Shown: positions 11,630 through 21,883 of the stretch, one piece after another
How positions within the stretch are numbered: position 1 is the stretch's first letter
Layout of the letters: every line of letters begins with the position of its first letter
DNA from: an uncultured virus (IMG/VR IMGVR_UViG_3300032167_000030)
Taxonomy: Duplodnaviria > Heunggongvirae > Uroviricota > Caudoviricetes
IMG/VR virus record: IMGVR_UViG_3300032167_000030
Strand: one strand, 5' to 3'
Length of the DNA: 64,000 nucleotides
Notes under the pieces: model-generated
What the model was told of the DNA's origin: nothing
The model's input: only the letters and a program-made list of their open reading frames with translations
Database searches by the model: none
Position numbers and translations under genes: made by a program

Positions 11630-14600
11630 TTGGGGAATAAGATAAAAGCAAAGCAAATTGATCTTAAAAATTTAATTAATGAGCTTGAATTGAATACCAA
11701 TATAGTTGGTCCTGAATCTGCAGAACTTGATAAAGTTGCTGTATTTGCTGATACTACTGGTAAAGTCATTAAAGATGGCGGATATACAATTCAAGAAATT
11801 TTAAACCAAAATGCTTTCAGTGAAATTAAAATCGCTGAAGTAGTAGAAGATAGTGAAAAAGTAGAGATTGTTGAAGATGTTGTTGCTGAAGCTGTCGCCG
11901 ATACTTTAATTCTAGCTGCTGGTCCTAATGTTGTATTAGAACCTGTTGTTGAAAATAAAGCAGTTGTTATTAAAGCAAAAGATACTACTTATGATACTGC
12001 TACTGATAGTGATCTTGGATTAGTTAAAATCGGTTATAAAGAAAACAAGCAAAACTATCCTGTAGAATTAAACTCCGATGATCAAATGTTCGTTAATATA
12101 CCTTGGACTGATACTAAGGTAACTCAAACACCTAAAATTGATAACAGTCAATATCCTTTATTACTAGGTCCAAGCGGTCAAATTACTAAAACTACAGATA
12201 CTACATTTTTTGATAGTGGCGTAACTTTAAATCCTGAAACTAATACAATAACAGCAAATATTTCTGGTTCAGCTTATAAACTTGCAAATAGTAGAACAAT
12301 ATCTTTAGTTGGTGATGTTTCAGGTTCTGGTAGTTTTGATGGTAGTAGTAATCTAACAATTACAACTACAATACCTAATGGTAATTATAATCATACAATA
12401 TCTGACATTAAAGATATTACTGCTACTGCTAACGAATTAAATGTCTTAGATGGTATTACTGCTACTACTAGTGAACTAAATACTTTACATGGTATTAAAG
12501 CAAACGTTAATGAGTTAAACACTCTAAATGGTATTACAGCTACTACTAGTGAACTAAATACTTTACATGGTATTAAAGCAGATGTTAACGAATTAAACGT
12601 CCTAGATGGTATTACTGCTACTACTAAAGAGCTAAACGTCTTAGATGGCATTGAAGTAACTACTGAAGAACTGAACTATCTAGACGGTATTACCTCTAAC
12701 ATACAAGAACAGCTAACCGAAATCAGAAATAGTTCTGGTGTAAGTATAACTTCACATATTGAAAAATTTGATAACCCTCATAGAGTAACTAATAATCAAG
12801 TAGGTTTAGGTAATGTTACTAATGATGCACAGGTTAAGCGTACTGAAATGGGTACTGCTAATGGTGTTGCTACTTTGGATGAAAGAGGTTTAATTCCTTC
12901 CTCTCAATTACCTTCTTACGTTGATGACATAATAGAAGGCTACTTATACAATAGTAAATTCTATAAAGAATCTAGTCATACTACATTAATAGCTGCAGAA
13001 TCTGGTAAGATTTATGTTGATCTCACTTCTAAGAAAACTTATCGTTGGAGTGGTACTGCTTATGCAGTTATTTCTGAAACGTTAGCTTTAGGTGAAACAT
13101 CAGCTACTGCTTACTATGGTGATAAGGGTAAAATTGCTTATGACCATTCTCAATTATCTCATGCTCCTGCTAATGCTGAAAAGAACCAAAATGCATTTAG
13201 CATTGTAAATGTTACTAATGATGGTACAACTATTCCTCTTGATGCTAATCAATCTGAAAGCAGTTTAGGAATAATTGCTGGTAGTAATATCGTTCTTGAA
13301 GCTAATGAAGATACTGATAGTGTTACCATTAGTGCAAATTATTCTAATGCTACTACTAATAGTAATGGTTTAATGTCATCTAGTGATAAGAAAAAACTAG
13401 ATGGAATTGAAGATAGTGCTAACAATTATACACATCCTACTTATAATGCATATACTGGTGTTCCTACAAAAGATGAATCTCCTAAATTTGGTGGATCCTT
13501 TAATGTAACACAACCTGTATCAGACACCCAAGGACATATAACTGCTATGAATAGTAGAACCATTACTATTCCTGATGATACTGCAACACAATCAACTGAT
13601 GGTTTGATGTCAGCTAATGATAAGAAAAAACTAGATGGAATTGCTGAAGGTGCTGACAAAACTACCCATTATAAGAGTAAAAATATTGTTGGTGCTACTA
13701 ATGATACTTCAAATTCTAGTCAAACTAATGGTAATGTTTTCTTAAATCATGTTGAAAATGATAATGAAGTAACTTCTAGTCATAAGATTACTGGCTCTGG
13801 ATCAGTTAGTGTTACTAGTGATACTAATGGTAATATCACTATTAATGGTGCAGAAAGTGGAGATAACGTAAGTTATACTAGTGCTTTAGCATCTGGTACT
13901 CATATTGGTACTATCAATATCAATGGTAATGATACTAAGTTATATGCGCCTATGCCTGATGAAGCTGTTACTTATGATGCAGGTACTGGTTTAAAACTTA
14001 GCGGTACTACTTTTAACCATAAAAATAGTATTACTGCTGGTACTGCACAAGGTGATGCAAACAAGACTTTAACTTTTGGTGGTACTTTTAATATTCCTAC
14101 TGTTACTTATGACGCTCAAGGTCATATTACTGGAAAAGGTACTACTACTATGACCATGCCAGCTAATCCTAATACTGATACTCATTATGAAAGTAAAAAC
14201 GTAATTAGTAATTCTACTACAGCCAATACTAATACTACTAGTGCTTTAACTAATGGTAAAGTTTTCTTAAATCATGTTGAAAATAATGAAGTAACTTCTA
14301 GTCATAAGATTACTGGTTCTGGATCAGTTAGTGTTACTAGTGATACTAATGGTAATATCACTATTAATGGTACTACTGTAAAGTGTACTAATAATTACAC
14401 AGAAGGTATTCATATTGGTACTGTTACTGTTGGTACAACTTCTACTAATCTATATGCTCCTATGGCTGAAGAAGCAGTTGTCTATCAACATCCTACTTAT
14501 ACTGCATATACTGGTGTTCCTACAAAAAATGAATCTCCTAAATTTGGTGGATCTTTTAATGTAACACAACCTGTATCTGATAATCAAGGACATATAACTG

Positions 14601-15361
14601 GCATGAATAGTAGAACCATTACTATTCCTGATGCAGTTGCTACTACATTAACTGATGGTTTGATGTCAGCTAATGATAAGAAAAAACTAGAAGGTATGGC
14701 TGAAGGAGCTAATAACTATATTCATCCTTCATATGAATCTAAATCTTCTGGTTTATATAAGATTGAAGTAGATAGTTTAGGTCATGTTAGTAGTGTTAGT
14801 AATGTTGCTAAATCTGATATAACTGCTTTAGGAATTCCAAGTGAAGATACTAATACTTGGAAAGCAAATAGTTCTTCAAGTGAAGGTTATGTAACTTCTA
14901 GTAGTGGACAAATTAATAAAGTTTGGAAAACTGATAGTAGTGGTAATCCTGCATGGAGAGATGATTCAGATACTAAGAATACTGCTGGTTCTACTAAGAC
15001 TTCTAGTAAGATTTACTTAGTTGGTGCAATCTCTCTAGCAGATAATTCTCAAACTTATTCTCATGAGACTGCTTATGTAGGAACTGATGGCTGTGTATAT
15101 AGTAATAACAAAAGAACCTGTACTATGACTAATGTTACTGTTAGTTTAACAACAGCAGGTTGGTCTAATAATACACAGACAGTTACTTGTAACGGTGTTA
15201 CTGATAATAATCTAATAATTGTTAATCCTGCATCTTCTTCTTTAACTGATTATAAAGATGCAGAAGTTACTTGTGTTTCTCAAACTACAAATAGCTTAAC
15301 TTTTACTTGTGAAACAACTCCTACAATTGCATTATCTGTAGTTATTGACATCATTGATTAA
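11630..15361 (+). CDS. Long tail fibre protein
   Basis: ELNxLxGIxA 14-aa repeats, GLMSANDKKKLDG repeats, duplicated internal modules; TTG start after AAAGGAG (ORF track starts at 11618). Confidence 0.8.
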   Translation: MGNKIKAKQIDLKNLINELELNTNIVGPESAELDKVAVFADTTGKVIKDGGYTIQEILNQNAFSEIKIAEVVEDSEKVEIVEDVVAEAVADTLILAAGPNVVLEPVVENKAVVIKAKDTTYDTATDSDLGLVKIGYKENKQNYPVELNSDDQMFVNIPWTDTKVTQTPKIDNSQYPLLLGPSGQITKTTDTTFFDSGVTLNPETNTITANISGSAYKLANSRTISLVGDVSGSGSFDGSSNLTITTTIPNGNYNHTISDIKDITATANELNVLDGITATTSELNTLHGIKANVNELNTLNGITATTSELNTLHGIKADVNELNVLDGITATTKELNVLDGIEVTTEELNYLDGITSNIQEQLTEIRNSSGVSITSHIEKFDNPHRVTNNQVGLGNVTNDAQVKRTEMGTANGVATLDERGLIPSSQLPSYVDDIIEGYLYNSKFYKESSHTTLIAAESGKIYVDLTSKKTYRWSGTAYAVISETLALGETSATAYYGDKGKIAYDHSQLSHAPANAEKNQNAFSIVNVTNDGTTIPLDANQSESSLGIIAGSNIVLEANEDTDSVTISANYSNATTNSNGLMSSSDKKKLDGIEDSANNYTHPTYNAYTGVPTKDESPKFGGSFNVTQPVSDTQGHITAMNSRTITIPDDTATQSTDGLMSANDKKKLDGIAEGADKTTHYKSKNIVGATNDTSNSSQTNGNVFLNHVENDNEVTSSHKITGSGSVSVTSDTNGNITINGAESGDNVSYTSALASGTHIGTININGNDTKLYAPMPDEAVTYDAGTGLKLSGTTFNHKNSITAGTAQGDANKTLTFGGTFNIPTVTYDAQGHITGKGTTTMTMPANPNTDTHYESKNVISNSTTANTNTTSALTNGKVFLNHVENNEVTSSHKITGSGSVSVTSDTNGNITINGTTVKCTNNYTEGIHIGTVTVGTTSTNLYAPMAEEAVVYQHPTYTAYTGVPTKNESPKFGGSFNVTQPVSDNQGHITGMNSRTITIPDAVATTLTDGLMSANDKKKLEGMAEGANNYIHPSYESKSSGLYKIEVDSLGHVSSVSNVAKSDITALGIPSEDTNTWKANSSSSEGYVTSSSGQINKVWKTDSSGNPAWRDDSDTKNTAGSTKTSSKIYLVGAISLADNSQTYSHETAYVGTDGCVYSNNKRTCTMTNVTVSLTTAGWSNNTQTVTCNGVTDNNLIIVNPASSSLTDYKDAEVTCVSQTTNSLTFTCETTPTIALSVVIDIID

Positions 15362-15543
15362 AAATTTTGATAAGAAATCTAGGATATGTGTATAAAAAGC
15401 ACATATCCTAGATTTCTTTTTTAGTAACTAACGATAGAACATCTTATTAATTAGATCAATAGAATCTCACTCTATTTTAAAGATTTTATAGTTCAACAAA
15501 TTTATAATAAATAAACTCTGATAAGAAAGGGGTGTTAACTCTA

Positions 15544-16743
15544 ATGTCAGGTAAACTATATATTGGTGTTTCTAATACATCTAAAAAAGGTAAAAAGATA
15601 TATGTAGGTGTTAGTAACGTAGCTAAGCTAGCTAAAAAAGCATACGTTGGTGTTAATGGTGTAGCTAGACCTTTTTTCTCTAGTTCTAAAGAAGTTGCTT
15701 ATTACGGAAATACATTTAATCTAACAAATAGAAGTTTAGGCCATACTGCAACTAATGTAGGTGACTATGTAGTATTTACTGGTGGATATATTGGTGGTTA
15801 TAACAACAATACTGCAAATTTAGAAGCTTTTAATTCTCAGTTAACAAAATTCACTGGTACAATATCTAAATTAACAGAAGCTAAAAGTTATCTAGAATCC
15901 GCATATACTGGTAATAAAGAAAATGCTGTATTTGCTGGAGGTTATAATACTAATGGTTATACAACTTCTTCTTTAGATGTGTATAATGCCAATTTAACTA
16001 AAGTTACTACAAGTCTTACGATAATTTCTATTGCTGATATGACTCCTTTATCCGCTAAAGGATATGCTTTATTTGCTAGTGGTAAATCTGGTTCAGCTTC
16101 TTCATCTATTACATCATATAACAATACAGTATATGTAGTTAACAATAATTTAACTAGTTCTTATGTTAGATTAGTTGCTAATGCTGGTATGTTTAGATCT
16201 ATGCCTGGTAGAGTCGGAGACTACGCTTTATTTGCAGGTGGTGTTGCTGCAGGCTCTGATAAACCTAGAACTACTAATGTTGAAGCTTTAAATCTAAATT
16301 CTATGACTACAACTCTTACTAATGCGTTACCTAACGCAGCAGCTAATGGTGCTGGTGCTTCTATGAATAATTTTGCTGTATTTGCAGGTGGTGATAGCGC
16401 AGAAGCTCATCAAAATAGTGTTGCTTATGCAAATGCTTATAATGCATCATTAACTAGAGTTTCAATAGCAGCATTATCAGAAGCTAGAAGATCTGTAAAA
16501 GGTGTTTCTGCACCAGAAATTGTAGTCGTTGCAGGCGGTTATACTAATAACTATACTCGTTCAAATGTTGCTGAATCTTATGATGCTAATCTAACAAAAC
16601 AAATTCTAACACCTCTATCTGTGGCAAGAGATAACCATGTAGGTGTAGGTGTTGGCGATTATGCTCTTTTTGCTGGAGGTAACATACAAAGCAATGTACA
16701 TGATGACTCAACATATACAGTAGAAGTTTACAAAATACTTTAA
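15544..16743 (+). CDS. Kelch-like beta-propeller tail/receptor-binding protein
   Basis: Repeated (Y/N)ALFAGG blades with LSxAR motifs; IYVGVxxVAK N-terminal repeats. Confidence 0.7.
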   Translation: MSGKLYIGVSNTSKKGKKIYVGVSNVAKLAKKAYVGVNGVARPFFSSSKEVAYYGNTFNLTNRSLGHTATNVGDYVVFTGGYIGGYNNNTANLEAFNSQLTKFTGTISKLTEAKSYLESAYTGNKENAVFAGGYNTNGYTTSSLDVYNANLTKVTTSLTIISIADMTPLSAKGYALFASGKSGSASSSITSYNNTVYVVNNNLTSSYVRLVANAGMFRSMPGRVGDYALFAGGVAAGSDKPRTTNVEALNLNSMTTTLTNALPNAAANGAGASMNNFAVFAGGDSAEAHQNSVAYANAYNASLTRVSIAALSEARRSVKGVSAPEIVVVAGGYTNNYTRSNVAESYDANLTKQILTPLSVARDNHVGVGVGDYALFAGGNIQSNVHDDSTYTVEVYKIL

Positions 16744-16766
16744 TAAAGAAAGGATTGAATAAAACT

Positions 16767-17153
16767 ATGCTAAAAAGATATGCAATTTGGAATAAAGTAG
16801 ATCCCATTATTACTCCTAATGGTAAAGTATTCACTGCTGAACAGTGGATTGAAGAATTCCCTGTAGCAGCAGTTCCCTCTATCACTATTGTTTGCTCTGC
16901 TGGTGAAATCAATGGTGGTTTCTTTGGTACTCTAGGACAGATGGTAATGCAGTATGAGAATGATGGTGCTGATTTCTCTAATGCAACTACTCCTGAAGAA
17001 AAACTAGCTGTTATCGAAGCTTTTGAAGATGCTAAGAATACTCCTTCTGAAGAAATGACTAATGAAGAACTAACTGCTACTTCTCTAGCATCTATTGCTG
17101 CTAGTATGGAATATCAGAATATGATGACTCTAGAAGATGTGGAGGTACAGTAA
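16767..17153 (+). CDS. Hypothetical protein (XkdW-like position)
   Basis: ORF with RBS lying between the fibre gene and XkdX. Confidence 0.55.
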   Translation: MLKRYAIWNKVDPIITPNGKVFTAEQWIEEFPVAAVPSITIVCSAGEINGGFFGTLGQMVMQYENDGADFSNATTPEEKLAVIEAFEDAKNTPSEEMTNEELTATSLASIAASMEYQNMMTLEDVEVQ

Positions 17154-17155
17154 TT

Positions 17156-17287
17156 ATGAATTTTGAAAGAGTTAAGTATTACTTTGATGCTGGCTTATGG
17201 AGCCTACCTATGGTAAAGAATGCTGTTCGTAAAGGTGTTATTACTAAAGAACAGTTCAAGGAAATTACTGGTGTTGACTACGTCTAA
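17156..17287 (+). CDS. xkdX: XkdX family small protein (not in ORF track)
   Basis: RBS GGAGGT; MNFERVKYYFDAGLWSLPMVKNAVRKGVITKEQFKEITGVDYV matches the XkdX pattern (YY..GLW..V..AV.KG.IT.E...ITG..Y). Confidence 0.85.
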   Translation: MNFERVKYYFDAGLWSLPMVKNAVRKGVITKEQFKEITGVDYV

Positions 17288-17439
17288 TCTTTAATACTCT
17301 AATGAGATAAAGGGATAATCTCCCTTTATCTCATTTTTTTATCTATTTCTATAAAAATAGTATTTTTGTTAAAAACATATCATTATAAAGTAAAAATCCT
17401 TAAAGTCATCTAATTTAAGAAAGCAGGTGTTTATGATAT

Positions 17440-18078
17440 ATGTCTTATAATAAAGAAGATTTAAAGAAAATGGGTTTACGTATAGCTAAAAACATCAATC
17501 ATGACCTACAGAGAAGTAAGATGAACTCTTATCTAAAACCTTACTTTACTGAATCTAGTGTTCAGTTTGTAGATAATGGTAAGTTTTTAGGTATTGCTTT
17601 AAATGTAAATCCCATTGATATAGAAGATACTTTAGATGAAATGGAACAAGTAAGATTTATCAATAACATGAAACTCTTACAAGAAACTGTAAATCGTTAT
17701 CTAAAAAAAGAAAAAGCTGATGTTTACTTTGAACTAAAGACTTATTCTGAAGATACTAGATTAATCGAATTTGGTAATACGTATGTAGATAACTACAAGA
17801 ACTTTGCACTAGGTATTAAGTCTGAAGCTTTTGATGATACTATGGACGATAGTAACAAAGTTAGTTTTATAGTTCCTGGCTTTAGTTCCAATACTTATGA
17901 AATTTCTCCTGAAAATCAAGGTAATGCTACTACTAAAGATCTAAAGGATGAAATCAATAATGATGATCCTTTAAGAGTATTAGCTGATCCTAATCAAGGT
18001 AAATTAAAAGTTCCTAATGGTTCTCATTACAACGATATGATTATTGATACTGGTATTCAAAGAGATATCGAAGGCTAA
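17440..18078 (+). CDS. Hypothetical virion protein
   Basis: ORF downstream of late-type promoter at 17374. Confidence 0.55.
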   Translation: MSYNKEDLKKMGLRIAKNINHDLQRSKMNSYLKPYFTESSVQFVDNGKFLGIALNVNPIDIEDTLDEMEQVRFINNMKLLQETVNRYLKKEKADVYFELKTYSEDTRLIEFGNTYVDNYKNFALGIKSEAFDDTMDDSNKVSFIVPGFSSNTYEISPENQGNATTKDLKDEINNDDPLRVLADPNQGKLKVPNGSHYNDMIIDTGIQRDIEG

Positions 18079-18106
18079 TCAACAGAAAGTAGGTGACTAA
18101 TACATT

Positions 18107-18799
18107 ATGGCAATGAATCCTACTGATGTATTGCAATATATAGAACTAAATCTAGGTGCTAGTTTACAAGTATTAGAATTAGATGCTAATGAGATAATGG
18201 ATGTAGTAAGAACTCAGACAGTTCCTACTTTCAGTATTTACTATCCTCATTATGAATTACTAACTATTACTCCAGCTGAAGACAAAGTACCTAATCGTTT
18301 TAATACTTTTTATCTAAAAACTGATAAAGAAATTCTTGGTGTTTCTAAAGTATTAGCAGAGAATTACATGGGTAATTCTGGTTTACCTTTAGCATACTAT
18401 GATAGTGATCCTGTTAATAGACAAATGACAGCTGATATTGCTTCTATGTTCTTACAACCTATTACATTTGCTTATGAAGCACCTAACATAGTTTCAGTAT
18501 ATCCTAAAACTCAACTATTAGGTAAGTTTACTGTAGAAGTAAAAACTATTCATCCTGATCATTTAGCTACTATTCCTTTAGGATATCGAAATGAGTTTTT
18601 AGAATGCGCTTTATATGATGTACGTATAGCTCTTTATCCTATTAGACAACGTTTTGCTACTATCAATACTACATTTGGTAACTTAGAGTTATTCATGGAT
18701 AGACTTGATTCAGCATTTGAAGACAAGAAACAATTACTAGAAAAATGGAGAGGAAACTTCAATAAATCTAGTAGACATAGAAAAATCTTTGTAGGATAA
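18107..18799 (+). CDS. Putative neck/head-completion protein
   Basis: YIxxxLGA..xLEL N-terminus reminiscent of T4 gp13-like neck proteins; late operon. Confidence 0.45.
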   Translation: MAMNPTDVLQYIELNLGASLQVLELDANEIMDVVRTQTVPTFSIYYPHYELLTITPAEDKVPNRFNTFYLKTDKEILGVSKVLAENYMGNSGLPLAYYDSDPVNRQMTADIASMFLQPITFAYEAPNIVSVYPKTQLLGKFTVEVKTIHPDHLATIPLGYRNEFLECALYDVRIALYPIRQRFATINTTFGNLELFMDRLDSAFEDKKQLLEKWRGNFNKSSRHRKIFVG

Positions 18800-18874
18800 A
18801 GATTTAAAAGAACAAATAGATAAATGTAATATGAAAATGTATCTTTAAAAGAGAGGAAGTGCAAGTAAGAAGTT

Positions 18875-19555
18875 ATGAATAAGAATCATTCTTGTAACAT
18901 ATTAGAAAGATTTTATACTTGGTGTGAAGGTAAAAACTTACTAACTGATACTGGTATTGAAAATCTAGAGACTTTTGGTATTAATTCCAAAATGTATACT
19001 GAAGATTTTACTGATCTAGGTAAGGTTCTAGTATCTAACTATTTCACTAAATGGAATGAAACTATTTCCATTGAAAATCTGACTCAAGAATCCACTGATG
19101 AATTCTGGGATAAGCGTTTAAATGAAATGAATCTAGTCTATAAGCGTAAGGTTATCAATGAAAGTAGTTTTAACTTCGATACTACTTTAGATAATACTGA
19201 TTTAGATATTCAGGCTTACTTTGAATCTATTGATTTCAATCTACCTAGTAAAACTAAACAAGTAGTTTTAGATACTGAGTATCATAACCATTATCTAATG
19301 ATCAATGAAGCAGTTGCTTATGATGAAAATGGATTAAGAATTAACTGTGAACCTTTAAAGATTCTATCTTATAATCCTAAATCTTTCTGTGTTCCTGTTA
19401 GAGAATCTTCTGATTTAAGAGAAGTTACTAAGCAGATTATTCGTGGCTTAAAGTTCTTAAAGGAAGAATGGAATAAAGAAGAAAGATATAGCAATGGTAA
19501 AGTTTTAATGGAAGCTAGATTCCCTGAACTTGGTATTGCTATCAAAATGAACTAA
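18875..19555 (+). CDS. Hypothetical virion protein
   Basis: ORF with its own late-type promoter (18811) and a downstream terminator. Confidence 0.55.
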   Translation: MNKNHSCNILERFYTWCEGKNLLTDTGIENLETFGINSKMYTEDFTDLGKVLVSNYFTKWNETISIENLTQESTDEFWDKRLNEMNLVYKRKVINESSFNFDTTLDNTDLDIQAYFESIDFNLPSKTKQVVLDTEYHNHYLMINEAVAYDENGLRINCEPLKILSYNPKSFCVPVRESSDLREVTKQIIRGLKFLKEEWNKEERYSNGKVLMEARFPELGIAIKMN

Positions 19556-19565
19556 AAAAAAAAAT

Positions 19566-19601
19566 GATTGGATAAAGACTAACTAAAGTCTTTATCCAAT
19601 C
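19566..19601. terminator. Bidirectional terminator closing the orphan array transcript
   Basis: GATTGGATAAAGACT-N6-AGTCTTTATCCAATC flanked by A and T runs. Confidence 0.8.
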
Positions 19602-19605
19602 TTTG

Positions 19606-20310
19606 TTTTACATTAAAGATATATGGTACTAATCACAGACATGATTCATTAGCCGCATATGATACTGTTAAAATCATTGATTCATTAGCAAGTGTGATAC
19701 TATTACACTATATGATTCATTGATTTTATGTGTTACTATCAGTTTTTGTGATTCATTTCATCCCCTTGATACAGGTTAGGGATTCAGTGATTCATTACAT
19801 ATATTTGATACTATTCAAAGCTATGATTCATTCCCATTCAATGATACTATCAATTCAAGTTGATTCATTACATATCTTTGATACTTTAAGACCTCCTATG
19901 ATTCATTAGTAAGTCTTGTTACTAAAAATTAGATTCAGTGATTCATTACATTTCTATGATACTATCTATAGTATGATTCACTATTTCCAATTGTTACTAT
20001 TGCACTACATAGTTCATTTCTGGCTACTGATACTTAATTCACTATATTGATTCATTATAACCATGTGATACTTTTAATACATCTGATTCATTAATTAGCA
20101 TTGTTACTATCGTCTACACTGATTCATTAGAATAAACTGTTACTTTTTTGTAGTATTGATTCATTAATTTCCTCTGTTACTTTTTAATACGTTTAATTCA
20201 TTATGAGAGGATGATACTATAGGATTATATGATTCATTATACCAACATGTTACTTTAAATACATCTGATTCATTGTGTACCTTTGATACTATTCGCCTAC
20301 GTGATTAAAA
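19606..20310 (-). repeat. TIGR-like dual-repeat guide-RNA array 1 (orphan), ~19 units of 35-40 nt (mode 36)
   Basis: Plus-strand TGATTCATT-like repeat at 19642,19678,19713,19749,19788,19824,19861,19899,19939,19974,20010,20048,20084,20120,20157,20194,20230,20266, alternating with TG(A/T)TACT usually 9 nt later; intervening segments mostly unique. Confidence 0.9.
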
Positions 20311-20319
20311 ACTTCTATT

Positions 20320-20724
20320 TTAGTAGTAATCTGATAGATTCTTTTCTCTGTCAAATTGTCTATAGAATGGCATATTTGAAATCTGATGTAATTCAATTTC
20401 CCAATTAGGATGGATTAGTTCAGTTCTTTGTTTAATCTCAGTTATAATCTCTAAACTCTTATCCAATCCTCTCTTAGTATGACTAGTACTAGTTTGATAT
20501 ACATATACATCTTTTCTATTTGGTACTAGTACTGGTTTAGTCTCACCATAATAGAATCTACCTTGATCAATATGAAATTCTATCCAGTAAGAATATACTG
20601 CCTTTTCTTTAGTTATGGTTTCTACTTTTTTAGTTCTACCAAAGAAAGTAGTTTCTATAGTTTCATTAAGGATGTTTATTTCATTATCTGATCTAATATC
20701 AATTTTCCTTAATAGAACATTCAT
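20320..20724 (-). CDS. Hypothetical protein immediately upstream of array 1
   Basis: RBS GGAGG; stop codon ~10 nt before the first repeat. Confidence 0.65.
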   Translation of the reverse strand: MNVLLRKIDIRSDNEINILNETIETTFFGRTKKVETITKEKAVYSYWIEFHIDQGRFYYGETKPVLVPNRKDVYVYQTSTSHTKRGLDKSLEIITEIKQRTELIHPNWEIELHQISNMPFYRQFDREKNLSDYY

Positions 20725-20736
20725 TGTTTTCCTCCA

Positions 20737-21084
20737 TTATTCTTTTTTATGAAACAAGTAACTCAGCATATAAACAGAAATCATAGTTTCATTATTTACC
20801 ATGTAGTCAACTCTTACAAAACCATCATCAAATTCTTTGAAATTTTCATAACAATTATTCTGAATTACATAACTGATATTTCCAATATTCTCATTGTAAT
20901 CAGTTAGATCTTCTAAAAATACTAGATAACCACCATCATCATTATCGATATCTCTATCTTTACCATAGTAGTAATCTAGATTTTTTACTTGTGCTTTAGC
21001 ATCTTCAAAAACCTCATAACCAAATGTTTCAACGATCTCATCAATACGCTTATTTAGTCTCTTAAGAGTTCCTACTTTAATCAT
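20737..21084 (-). CDS. Hypothetical protein
   Basis: ORF with RBS GAGGTG in the same operon. Confidence 0.65.
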   Translation of the reverse strand: MIKVGTLKRLNKRIDEIVETFGYEVFEDAKAQVKNLDYYYGKDRDIDNDDGGYLVFLEDLTDYNENIGNISYVIQNNCYENFKEFDDGFVRVDYMVNNETMISVYMLSYLFHKKE

Positions 21085-21088
21085 TAGA

Positions 21089-21571
21089 TTACACCTCTTT
21101 TAATCTTTTGATAAAATCAATATTTCCAAATTTTCTAATTTTGACACCAGCAATTCTTAACATATTTCTAGATGCAATATAGGTAGCTTTATTTGAATCT
21201 TCATCACTCATATATACAACTTCTTTAATTCCAGCTTGAATAATTGCTTTAGCACATTCATTACATGGAAATAAATCTACATAGATAGTACTACCAGTTA
21301 AATCTGAACTACCACTATTTAAAATAGCATTTAATTCAGCATGAACTACATACATCTGCTTATTATCTAATGGATTTTTTTGATTCTTCATCCAAGGAAA
21401 TACATTATCAGAACAACCCCAAGGAAATCCATTATAACCAGTAGCTAGAATTTTCTTATTCTTTACAATACAAGCTCCAACTTGTCTATCTGGATCTTTA
21501 CTACGTTTAGCTGCTAATAAAGCAACTCCCATAAAGTACTCATCCCATGAAATATAGTTTTTTCGTTTCAT
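21089..21571 (-). CDS. dCMP deaminase
   Basis: SWDEYFM, RSKDP..QVGA, HAELNA and PCNEC zinc motifs. Confidence 0.95.
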   Translation of the reverse strand: MKRKNYISWDEYFMGVALLAAKRSKDPDRQVGACIVKNKKILATGYNGFPWGCSDNVFPWMKNQKNPLDNKQMYVVHAELNAILNSGSSDLTGSTIYVDLFPCNECAKAIIQAGIKEVVYMSDEDSNKATYIASRNMLRIAGVKIRKFGNIDFIKRLKEV

Positions 21572-21798
21572 TTAGTTCTAAATCTCCTCTTTTTCCTCTT
21601 ATTTAGCTCTTCTTGAAAGTATGGATACCAAGGATCATCTTCACCAACTATTTTCATACAATTTTTTATATGAGATATTGTCATATCTTTTAGTTTTATT
21701 TTTACTCCATCTCTAGTTACCCATGTATCACAAGGTACTCCAAATGGAAAATCTTTACTAAATTGTGCATTTATCATGTAATCATCGAATAAACTCAT
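21568..21798 (-). CDS. Hypothetical protein
   Basis: ORF (WVTRDG..IKLKDMTISHIKN); first gene after early-type promoter. Confidence 0.6.
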   Translation of the reverse strand: MSLFDDYMINAQFSKDFPFGVPCDTWVTRDGVKIKLKDMTISHIKNCMKIVGEDDPWYPYFQEELNKRKKRRFRTK

Positions 21799-21883
21799 TT
21801 TTTTATAAATTCCCTTCATTATGAGAATCATACTATAACTAAAATATATAGCTATAGTATGATTTAATACGCTTTACTACTAT

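Noticed and set aside
7734..16743. Diversity-generating retroelement acting on the fibre genes
   Set aside because: No reverse transcriptase in the window, and the repeats are in-frame coding duplications without evident adenine-specific mismatches
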